Both the position numbers and the translations under genes were made by a program. The notes beneath the pieces are model-generated. The model was not told where the DNA came from and searched no databases. It saw nothing but the letters and a program-made list of their open reading frames with translations. A stretch of DNA of 64,000 nt from Chrysomallon squamiferum. Taxonomy: Eukaryota > Animalia > Mollusca. Location: the NCBI GenBank assembly GCA_012295275.1, contig CM022665.1:4216001-4280000 (forward strand), written 5' to 3'. Below are positions 25,124-37,500 of the stretch, in pieces (within the stretch, counting starts at the first letter, position 1; every line of letters starts with the position of its first letter).

Positions 25124-26684
25124 GTAAAAAATCAAAGTTGATATAATAATGTATAAAGTAGTACAAATAATCTCCATGGAAAAAAAAAGAGTAAAAAACA
25201 ACAAAAAAAAAAGAAAAAAAGAATTAGAATAAAATTTTAGTCACATGAAAACAAAATGGCTGAACCTTTGCTAACCACAAATCTAATGATTTCATTTGGC
25301 TGCTTATTAGCATACAATTGTTTGAATAAATCAAACACTTTCTAAGTTTATTATAGTGTAAATCAGTTTGTATACAATGAAACATTCATTGCTGTTAAAG
25401 CTAAGCATTCAATTTTAAAATTGTACAATATTATTTTAAAATACTTTAAAGATTTGTAAGCAATATAACAATCAATATGACTAGAAATATTCTTGGAATG
25501 TTAGCTTCCTTGATTGAACAAAATGATAAATTTTGTGCTTTTTCTTCTTGTTTGTATTTTTGTTGTTGTTGCTTCTTTAAACAAAATGTTCAATAAATTA
25601 ATTTAAAATAATCATGATGATGACCATCATAATAATTTAAAAAGCAACAAAATAAAAATATATTAATTCTAATATAATAATAATAATAATAGCAGTATTA
25701 GTAGTAGTAGTATCAATAGTAGTAAAAATAAAAAAATAAAGTAAATAAAATAAACATTTAAAAAGCAAAACAAAATAGAAAAAGAATATAAAAAAAATAA
25801 ATAAAAAGATTATCATTCACATTTTAAATAATGAATCTTATTGATAATACAAATTATTCATGATGTCTAGTAAATATTTACTACTAATAAATTGTTTACA
25901 ATTTTAGGAAATTGTAAATCTCAGTTAAAAATTAGTCCTGCTATATTTTCATTTTCTTGTTAATTTTTTGATTTTAAACAATGCTTTTTCATTTTCTTTC
26001 TTTTCTTCCCAGCTTTAAAATATTTTTAAATAATTACATTTTATTAAAAGTTTTCTTTTTTATATTGTTATTTGAATTTAGTTTGTGTGTGTGCGTGTGT
26101 GTAAAGAAAATATGAATTTTATTTGTTTTGTTTTTTTAGCTCTGTCATAGTAGCCCTTATATTATATAAATAGACAGATAGACAGATAGATAGATAGACT
26201 AACCTTTTTGGGACAAATATGAAAAAAAAAAAAAATCTTAGGAGTCTGACATTTTTTCATAGAAAAAGCTCTCATGGATCCCTTTTCTGTTGGAAATATT
26301 TACTTTATTTTTTTATTTTGTTTAATGTTTATCATGATTCACTGATAATAATGATTAAATTATTGTGCAGCTCTACAGCAGACATTTGTGATAGTAGTAA
26401 CCATCTATTTAAACATCTGTACTAGATGAGTCTATGTGTAATAACATACCAAACACAAAACTTGTAGAGTCATTAACAAAACAGGAGGTTACCTCCAACT
26501 GCAAATTATTTGTGGTTGCAATCGCATCATGAGATGCAGACACACAACAAATAAATCTTCTATGAGAAAGCAGAGTACAGTCATTGTGGGATAAATCGGC
26601 TGTCTGCAGTACCATAGCAACAATATACGCACCAAAGTCACAAAATATAACATTATGCATTAACTTTCACAGTGAAAACGTATT

Positions 26685-26989
26685 TCAGTCTTTCAACAAG
26701 TGCCACTGTGCGACCTGTTGCCGTGGTTTCGACACCATGTCGTTCCAGTGCCGTGTCTCCATTGGTCCGCTGTGACCTCCGAGAATAATTTTACCAATAA
26801 GTTCATTGCGACCCAGTTTGTCAAAGTCCATAACCGTAACTTCTAGGCTGGATTCCCTCATTTTCTCCCAAGGAATGTCAAAAATAAAAGATTCATTGAA
26901 CACTGGATTGAGAGATCTTTTCTTAATGGTTGTTTTCTTCTTCTCTATTTTCTGGCCTCCCTGTATGAGCCAGATCTTCACGTAAGGAT
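26685..26989 (-). CDS. SYT7: SYT7 terminal coding exon (C2B)
   Basis: [34 protein letters not shown]...QWHLLKD, stop TGA. Confidence 0.96.
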
Positions 26990-29900
26990 CTGCAAAATGG
27001 AAGAGAGGAAGACATATTGTATTGTAATTTATTTTTAATCAATAGTTGCATGTTGTCAGGTGTAAATATGATTAAAGACAATGCTGATAATGAGAAACTA
27101 AACCAAATGTTTGGCTACTCTTACTAATAGGCAATATGATAGCTTTAATATGTAGCTTCTCAGAGAGTAAACCAGACATAATGGCTATGACAAATCTGTT
27201 ATTGGATACTGCTTGAAATAGAAAATATTAATGAGTCTGAACAGGATTGATTCTGTGACCCAGACACTGCTGAATACTTAAGTTTGATTTACAAAATATT
27301 CTAAATCATGATATTAACACATCACCAAGTTAATGCAGATGGACAAGATCAGATAAAAATGGGATATTCAATTGATGTGAGTAGCCTCCCTTTGAAGTTA
27401 TATTCTTCAAACCAAAACATTTTGTTTCACTATTAACTAATTGGCTTGTTATTGTCCAACAACTGAGAAATAGATGTCTACTACGAAATTTCTTCTGTTA
27501 CATATTCAGATTCATAGTTATGTCCTTACATTTTGTTTCTGTTATTTTCACACTTAGTCCCTTAAATTTTATTCATATCATAATCTGAATTCTTTCATAT
27601 ACATGCACACCCACACACTATCAAACACATACAAAATTAAATAACCTAGTTAATTATGATCAGGTTTTTGACATGATTGTTGGTAGTTTTGATTTATTAT
27701 TCTGTCCCACCTATTTCTGTGCCCTGTGATATAGGTAAAAATATAATTTTGTTTTCCAGATTTTTAATGGGCCATATTTACATTTAATGTTAGCAAATAC
27801 TGCAGTCTGGGCAGTACAAAATTATGAAAGTAGTTAAACAAATTTTATCCTATTTTATATTTTTTATCCTAATAACTGTATGAAAATGAAATGTTTAAAA
27901 AAAGAATTATTAATATTGACTAGAATTTGCACATTAATATTAAGATCATACATTTGTGACAGACACTCACCTGAACTGCCTGTGATGTCTTTGATTTTGA
28001 GGTCTCTTGCTTTGATAACAATAATTGTTAAACGACCAATGTTTGGCTGGTAACACAAAGACAACAACAGTTCTCCAAGTTTGCCCTGAAAAAATAAAAA
28101 TAAATAATGAATAGAAAATAAACTCATAAATACATATTCTAACCAAAATCTACAGAGCTATAAATAATAATAATAAACACCACAAATAAGATTATAATAA
28201 ATATAGTAATAATAGTAGTGTAGTAGTAGTAGTAGTAGTAATAATAAAGCTGGGCAGAAAACAGTTTATATAGTTATATATATATATATTATTTGAAAAA
28301 AAAATAAATAAATAAAATCCTTATGTTTACCTTAAGGATACAGGTCAAACTACAGAATTTATTTTGTGAGAAAAAATAAAAGAGAAAAAAGCTGCTTTTT
28401 AAATCTTTTCAGATTGTGAATAACTGGCTCTCTAACAGAATGTAATCATTTAACAATATATTAAATAATACGAGTAGAAAGGTTATCAATAATGGTGTGT
28501 CAGTTTTACCCTGCTGTCTTTACAAGGCTGTAAAAATTTCCATGTGATGTTTGACGTGGAAAGGTCGATGGAGTTGAGAGGGACGTAGGTCTCACCCATG
28601 GGGTCATCTCGACTGAATCGGTCATAGTCTATAACTTGTAAGTACAGCGTCTTTTCCAACAGCTTGTTGTGTGGCCAGCCTGAAATGTACCAACAGATAT
28701 ACTTCAAAAAAATTTTTTTTTTAATTTTTTGTTTTTAATAGTTAGATAAATAGAAACATAATACATGTAAGGATGATGGAAAGGTGGGTTGTTGGGTGGA
28801 TAGATGTATGGTTTGGACTGGAGAAAATGGATTAATAAACAGATGTATGGAAGGATGGATGGACCAGACAAAAGCAGAGGGAGAAATAAACAAATGGATG
28901 GATGGATGGATGGATGGATGATGGATGGAATGATTGGTTAGATGACTTCATTGATGGATGTTAATCACGATGATGCATCAAATGTAAATATATTCTTAGT
29001 TGCCCTCAAATAGCATAAATTTGTTCAGTACTGCCATAATATTCTTTATTTGTATTAAAAAAAAAAAAATTATTTCTAACAGCAAAGCATGATGTTATAA
29101 TAATGTGCCCATGAGAATGGTATTTTCCATTTTGTAATGCCATAATTTCATAAATATAAATGTAAAAATGACCCTGAATGACTGAGGATACAGCAACATT
29201 AGAGTAATTTTCTCAAAAAGCTATTTTTTGTTATTGTTATTACAAATTGTTTTTTTTGTTGTTTTTAATGATTAAATAAAAAGGGAAAATGTTAATCTCC
29301 ATCCATCATCATTAACTTGTAATTACTGGTTGCCAGTAACAAATAAAACAATTACCAGTACTTGCAAGTATATAAAAAAGTATTTAGTCTGCTGCTGCAA
29401 GCCACAAAGATACATTAATACTTCTGTGACATAGTAAATTCCAGTGCTGTAGAACTATGTACTGAATCTTGTTTCACATATAGTTATTATATTCGTTTTA
29501 AATAAGCAAAATAACACTGATAAAAGAAAAGAGAAAAAAAGAAAAGGAAACAGGAAACAAAACTAATGAGGAACAAAAACAGAACATCAACAACAAAAAG
29601 AGACTGAAGCAAAATAATTGCAGTCATGAACAGTTTAACAAGACTTACTGAAATAATGATTCTGTCAACTATGTTTATTTCATTGCAATGAGAAAAAAAA
29701 AGATAAAATTAATTATTTATGTCTAATACTAATGTGGCAATCATAGTGAACTACACATAAGGGGAAATAACTGAAATTATTCACAGAGACATTTTTGCTG
29801 TATGACTGATCATGCATGGGTGCCTGTTGCTAAGCAATATCTAATGAGCAAAAGAAATAATGTTTACCATTCTGAAAATCGCAATTTATACTTCATTATT

Positions 29901-31485
29901 TTCTATTTATTTTTCATTTTAGAAATCTCACAGACATGCTGGTCATGGCGAAAAAAAAAAAAAAAAAAAAAAAAATATAAAATACAAAATCAGATCGGAA
30001 ATATTTCCAATGCAGTTTTAGAACACGGCTTCTGCAAAAATGGCTGATCTGTTTAGGCTTAATGAAAAAAAAATCATTAACCTCATTTGACCAGTTTTAT
30101 TACTGCTGTAAAACCAATTCATCCTGATTTACTGTAATAACTAAATTATAGAAAAGTCTAAATACCATTAATATCAACTTTAGTGTCCCCTGAGAAGTAC
30201 ACTATCTTTTGTTAACCAGATTACATGGATTCAAAGTGAAAAATACTCTGAGAATTAATCTGATGCTGGAAGAATTTGTGTTAATTATTCTTAAAGACTT
30301 TATATACAGATATTCTCTAAAGACAAATATAAATACTTGAAATATGAACAAATTAAACACTGAATATTATTGTTAAAATGATTGCATTTTTTTAAATGAG
30401 ACAGAGATACAGGAATACATAAACGAATGGATATGTATATGCACATGAAGACACATACATACATAAATTAATTTCCCATTTTACTATACAAAATTTTAAT
30501 TCTGTGAGAAATCTTTTTACCTTTTAATATCATTATTTCTATGTTTCTTCAATTTTATTCCTATCATAATTTGATTTCCTGTTATTTCTTTAAATTAAAT
30601 ACATTACCTTTTTAAATGTTATTTTCTATTTTACTGGTTTGAATATTTGTCCTATGTTATTTCCATGTTCCTTCAAAAAATAAATAAACAAATAAACAAG
30701 AATAACTCCCACCCCACCAAAAAACAACAACAAAGAAAACCCACCTTTAAATTCAATCTATTACAAACAAAACTTTTACTTTTCTAACTTCTTTGATTAC
30801 TCAATCTTTAATGTTATCTGTAAGAATATTATAAATTATTGTGGACTTTTTGTTTTCTGTTTGAAATGCCATCCAGATAAATAATTAATTATTAAGAAAA
30901 CAAAAATGTCAAAAAGTGAAGAATCCCATTAACCTTAAGGAGAAGAAGAAGAAGAAAAAAAAAGGAAAACTGTAATTTTAACATACACTGCAGCAATGAA
31001 TAAATAATAAAAGCACTGAAATAATATACAGGCTGCTTTGAAATGTTAAATGTACAAGTTCATATAAGTATGTATATTTTAAAAGTCATGTTATTATACT
31101 ATATGTTATTATGTCTACAGAATAACATTTTAATAATAAATTTATTTCTTTCCTAAAAATTCAGTCTGTATCAGTATTTTCATTACTCTAATATCATTAT
31201 ATCTATTTGCATAAAATACTGTCATCATGTTAGTGTACACACACACATGCACACATGCACGCATGCACAAACAATCACACACATGAAAACAAACACGTGT
31301 ATATATATATATATATATATTTACTCACATATTCATATATACATGCACACATGTACATGCAATCACACATACACATATAAACACACATGTACTCAATAAT
31401 ATATATATTATTAGTATCTTCTGAAAGCATATCAGTAATGACATAATAATAAATAATTAAAAAACATGGTCAACAAAAGATCATC

Positions 31486-31539
<54 letters not shown>

Positions 31540-34500
31540 TGCACATGTATACATATATAACACTACATAACCACAGATAAAAATGTTTTGAAGGCAACAT
31601 TAAATATAATGACTTTTCTTTTGCACACCAGAACTGACCATCATTTATCATCTGTTTAACATGATGCAAGTAAAGATAAAAGCTGTGGCAGTCAATAAAA
31701 CACCTTTCTCTCTGGCACATCAGAAACCACTGCCGGTGATCATTTGTCAGTGTCTAATGGAAACTGAGAGCCACTCAACTGCAGTGGTTAGTAATCAAAT
31801 AACGGAAACCTGGCACTCAAGGAATGGCCACACTGGAGCAAACAAAGGGTAGTGCAGGTTAAGATACTGCGAACATTCGTGTTTCAAGATCCTGGGTTCT
31901 TTGCTGCTGCTACGGCTCTCTGAAGGTTTTCTATGATATTTCATAGCATCTAATTTCATTATTTCTGTTAAAGTTTCCAACTGACTGCACTGGAATTCTC
32001 AAAAATGTCTGACATCATTATCCAAAACTACTCTGTTGTGTAACATCCCACTTCTGATTATTACAGCTTGGATAAAGTAGAAAATATTAACGATTTCCCC
32101 TGTTGTTTGTTGTTGTTTTGGTGGGTTTTTTTGGTGGTCAAGAAATGCTGCTTTATGTTATGTATTGTTTCATTTCCCTATGGTATTTGTGTACTGCAGA
32201 GAAATAACAAGATATTTCATATTTCCCATGTTGTTTTTATTTTTAATGGTTAAAAGAAATCCTGTGTTATATACTGTGTTAATATTTTTCCTTTTGCTAC
32301 TTTTTTATGATAAAGATTCACTGTTATATACTGTGTATTGCTTCATTCCACATGTTGTCCTTATATTTATTAGTCTAGAAATACTGTGTTATGTACAATG
32401 TTAAAGCAATTCCTTATTTTATTTTTGCATTGAATAAAAATTTCTGTGTTATAAAGTGTTTTGCATTTTTCTTGTTGTTATTCTTTTTATTGTTCCAGAA
32501 ATGCTGTTTTTCGTTGTTTATCTTTGCATTTCTCTTGTTATATTTATCTTGTAAATAAATACTGAGATACTGTGTATTTTCCATGGTGTTTATATTTTTC
32601 TTTGGAAAAGAAATCTGTGATATATTATGTGTAACTGCATTTTCACTAATGTTGTTATTTTCTACTGGTCACGAAATTCTTTTTTTTTTAACACTGGTGA
32701 ATCATAAATGTTTTATTATCTATAATCACACACTTGGTACAACTGTACCAGACATTTCACAGTTCTTAACAATTTCTAGAGCTGTCACTGCCAAATGCTG
32801 AGTTCCACATCAGGTCATTTACATTAAGTCTGACCCAAGTTCAGTATGTCTGGACCAGCAATGAAGTCTTAACTTTCAATATTGCTGTCCAACTCCCATG
32901 GTGATCTGGGTATAATTGCAGCAATCAATGGTTAAACAAAGCCCATTTTACATGTATATTGATAAATCAATGGATCGTGGTATTTGCTGGAAACTCCTAG
33001 CTTGGTACACTAATCCAGAGTAAATATGAATTACCATGTAGTATGTTCTCAGACAGTATCAGCATAAGAGATTGTGATACAAAATGAAATCTGAGGTAAA
33101 CACAGAGTGAGGTAAACATTGGATGAAATGGAGTTTAGGAAACAGAAATTATGGAATGCAGCTAATAGAACACAGAGCACAGATAACATACTTAATGCAA
33201 TAAAAGGTTCACAGAACATAGAGACTTAGTTAACCAAAAAACAAAAACAAAAAGATTTGAGAGAACATAAAACTTAAATTACATAGAAAATGAGACAGTT
33301 GACAGAATATGCAGCTTAGGGAACAGTTAATAAAACAAAGAGTTGATAGCATATTTAGACAAAAATAGAGCAGAAGTGAAAGAATATCAAGCTCAGAAAA
33401 CAAAGAGCCAAGGGAATGTAAATTAAAAGAACCTTAAGTTAATGGAAGAAAATAGTTGAGGAAACACAGAACAGAGGGAATAGAGTTGAGGGAATATAGA
33501 ATTGAGTGAAAAAACATAAGAGGGAATATAAGAGATAAATGAACACAGAGCTGAGCAAACAAATGAAATGAAAACAAATTGAAAAACAAAGATTTCAGAG
33601 ATTATTAAAAATTAAAATCCAGTAGAAATGTTTTTGCAATCTAACAATGATCAGGCAAGGAGCTTTATCACTGAACTAAAATAAGGTTTTTTTTATTTTC
33701 AAAATTGAAAAAAAAAATAGAGAGTAAAAACAGGTATTTTAAAACTTTATGGTATTACAGAACATTTCTACTGGTTAAAGCTTAAGAAAATATAATTAAA
33801 AAAATTAAGAAGTTCAGAAAGGAAATAATAAAAGCAGTACGACTGCATCACATTAATGTTTTAATGGATTTTCTTGCTTGTGATAAAATAGCATGTGACA
33901 GCAAACAGTGAAAACAATAAAACATTTCAATGACACATTAGCTCGTGGAAAGAATTATACAATGACATGTCTGGCAGTAATTGCAAGTGACAGTGGAGTC
34001 TAAAATGGCTGCCATTTGTCAACTGTGTTAATTTTGGTAGGTAAAAATAATGGCCAAGACTTTTTCATTAATCACTGTGTTTGTGCATGGAATGGTTATT
34101 GTTGTATATGGGGGTGGTTCATGCAATATTAACTGCAGGCTTTTGGATACTGGAATATTGGTTGTAACAATGTTGGAGTTTGTATAATGTGATGCTAAGG
34201 GTTTAGAAAGAAGTACATAATTATAACCTTCCACACTATGTTGCCAACACCCACTGAAATTACCTTCTAAAGAAAAACACAAATACACACATTTCTTACC
34301 ATTTAAAAACACAAATAAACTCCAATATTACAAAGAGAAAAGGAGAAGGGTTTACACTAACTGTTTTTCTTCACTTTTTTTCTTTTAAAAATTTAGTATC
34401 AGTAATATTTTAAAATTATTAATTTATTCAAATTGTCGGAAACAATACTGCATTTTGAAATGTTAATGATATAATTTCAGTTTTCAAAGAAAAAAGGAAT

Positions 34501-37500
34501 CATAAAAAATGGGATTTTAATTCTAACAATGCAGAACATTGTGAATTAGCCTTGCCTATGTAAGTCAAATTATATTTCACCAGTTTGAAAAACAAATAGT
34601 AATTATTTGTAAAAAGTAAACACATAAGTACATAACATCAAGGGATAAACATCTACATACTTATTGGATACATTTGTATCATCTCTACATATCATGTTAA
34701 TCAACATTAATACCAACATTTTGAATTCAGAATATGTCAGATTTAACTCTTTTTTTTTTTATGCCTAGACATAAATAACTTACCTTCAAAGACAAAACAC
34801 TCATTCCAGTGTGGATTGAGATTTTTCTTTTTCACTTTAGTAAGAAGTTTGTGCTTCTTGTCGGGAAGAAGCATTATTTTCACATATGGGTCGCTTGTGC
34901 CGGTCACATCCTTGGCTGGCAGGCCTGTGGCTCGAATCACTTTGAGGGTGAGCGTGAGGGTCTGAAAGTCATAAGATATTCCAAACTGAATCTTGCCCAG
35001 CTTGTAATCAATGCCTTCCACAGGTACTGTGTCCTCTTCCTCTGTGGGTGGGTCATCCATCAACATGTTGGCAATACTTCTTACTCCTTTCCACATACTT
35101 GACTCTTCATCTTCTGATGCTGATCGGCTCTGGCTTGACAAACTCAACCCCTTTAAAATATAAATTATGACATGTAAATATAATGATACATAAACATAAA
35201 CTATAACAAAATATAACTGTTAAAAAAAAAGCATAAATGAATATTCATTTTGACTATCTGCTGGAAAGAAACAAAGGGTTCACTGAGACAAACAGACAGA
35301 CACATGGTCAGAAACAAGATGATCTTATGTCTTCACTGTTGGATTTAGTGCTGAACCATGATCTAACTGTTGTCTCACAGTTCATTGGTTTAATCAAAGA
35401 TACAACCAGTGAGATTACCTTTGCTGGATAACAGCTTAATGATTTATCATTATCCAGTGGAAGAATACTACAGACAATTCTTCATATTGTTTATTGGTAA
35501 GCAGGGAAAATAAAATAGACATGACATTACTGCTTGTATGATCTTCTGATTTGTAATCACTCACTGCAAACCTCACATCTAGCTGTTCATGAGATATAAC
35601 TTTTAATTGTGTTTTGGATCACACACTGGATATCTGTGAATGATCTTCTTCAAGTGACAACCAATATTAAACATGCTGGTGTGTTGATATGTTTTGTAGA
35701 ATATATCTTAATAAAACACACAACAATTATGAAACATGTATAACATTATTTCAAGGGAATATTGCTTAAAAAGTGTCTGTCAAATATTTAGGATTGTAGT
35801 TAGCAAACTCAATTTAAAAAAAAAAAAAAAAAAAAATCATTTTCATTGTTCTTCCTACTTCTAATATATGTAAAATCTCTAGATGATATAAAAAAACAAA
35901 AAAAACAACCACCCATTACCATAACGACCCAGGATAATTATCAAAGATAATAATAATAAAGGCAATTATAATATTAACAGCTACTAGAATTAATAATTAT
36001 CAGAAACAAAATAATAATTATAATAGCCATTAGAGGTAATTAACAACACAACACTATTATTAATTATTGTAATACAGGTAACATCTGCGAGGGTATTAAT
36101 GTTGTATTAGGTCAGTGACATGGTGTAAACAGTGCTTCTGTATCTGTCATCACATTAATCTCAATATATGTCAAGTATTAATCAAAGACAGATGTACAGG
36201 AGTGAACAACCGATGGAAAATGTCATCAGAACTGGGCAGTTGTGTGTGGTGCTGATCAAAGGAAAACTGATTAACCTGACAATGAAAGATGCCTGTGGTG
36301 TTGTCAAGTGAAGAAAATGAAATAACAGTGAACAAACACACATGATGGTGAAACTTATATGTCTTTATGTTGTCTGTGGTGTTATACATCATGTGTTGTC
36401 TGGCAGTTCTTGAAACATTAGGAAGCAGGATTGTTTTGTGGGATGTTGAGTTATGTAGCAAAAGTTGTTGTCTAACAGTTTTGTGGTCATTTTTGATGTT
36501 ATTAGGATCAAGATATTTTGGTGGTACTAGGGTTAAGATATTTTAGTGATATGAGAAGCAGGACCATTTTTTGGCATGATGATTTATTATGAAATTTTGG
36601 TCAAATAAGTTTTGTGGTACTTGGATCAAGATACTTTGGCAGTATTTAGGATTAGGATAGTTCAATGTTATTAGGATCAGGATAGTTTGATGGTGTTAGT
36701 ATCAGAATATGTTAGTGGAATGTAGATACATTTTACTGTTTTATTTTACTTGTTACTTTATATATATCTTTATTAATAATACAGTTTTATAATGAAAATG
36801 CTGAAGATATGTAATCTGCCATTTTTTTCTTTTTTAATCATTGAATTATTTCATATATCCAAAAATGTTAATAAAAAAAACCACAATACACAAACACACA
36901 TACACAAACCCCAAAACCCTTTAAATACATATACAAGCAGCAAATAACTTACATATTCTATGTATACAGTTGAATTTTTAAACATAGAAATAATTTTGTA
37001 ACAAATTGAAAAAAAGGCAAGCCTCCATTAGTTTTTATGCACTTACAATAGTGTTAGCAAATGATGACGTGTGGGAAAAACCAAACCAGAACCACAGGCA
37101 GATATATTAAAACATATTTTAACCACTGCTTTGTGTTCACATCACCATGGGCACATTTAAATAAAACTACTAAGACTGTTGGTAATAAAGAAATCAGACA
37201 TACCATTAAAGTTAACAGGATTCCATGAAGATGTGCAATCCTGTTATCTATCACTCATTTTGATATTTTACATCAACATCCCAAGAGAAATAAGAACACA
37301 TGTGAATCCAATCTACAGAACAACCGACTGATGGTTTCTTCGCAAGCCCTGGACAACGAAAGCTTCAAGGATTTGAACCGACGTGGCAGGGGAACCATGA
37401 CAGTAATACAAGTCAATAAATATTTCCCATAATGTGAGACGGTATAAATTAATTTGATTTCTGATAGATGTGTTTACAAACACTCTCAGTTCAGATAACT

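Noticed and set aside
14878-25166. Many 60-100 aa ORFs rich in I/L/F/Y, HT or CV runs (also throughout 42000-64000)
   Set aside because: They are translations of (TAA)n, (CA)n, (TA)n and poly-A/T tracts with no domain signal or splice consistency.
26409-26687. Stop-codon readthrough or a downstream ORF after Syt7 (83-aa ORF at 26409-26660)
   Set aside because: The TGA is followed by A, not the leaky TGA-CTA context, and an in-frame TGA follows after five codons. The ORF has no recognisable homology.
31825-31833. TGGCCACAC inverted match to the start of Syt7 exon 28679 (possible editing-complementary sequence)
   Set aside because: Only 9 bp and not extendable; expected by chance.
32090-32680. 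Repeat-spacer-like periodicity resembling a CRISPR array (also the 38-bp array at 24692)
   Set aside because: Eukaryotic gene context, no cas genes, degenerate cores and mutually related 'spacers'; the 38-bp array has no spacers at all.
34809-35102. 97-aa plus-strand ORF (also 6903-7118, 7844-8044, 9167-9361, 26584-26775)
   Set aside because: Antisense shadows of real coding exons.
35419-35467. 49-nt phase 2->0 alternative to the 41658-41787 exon
   Set aside because: Poor acceptor tract and no similarity to the exon it would replace.
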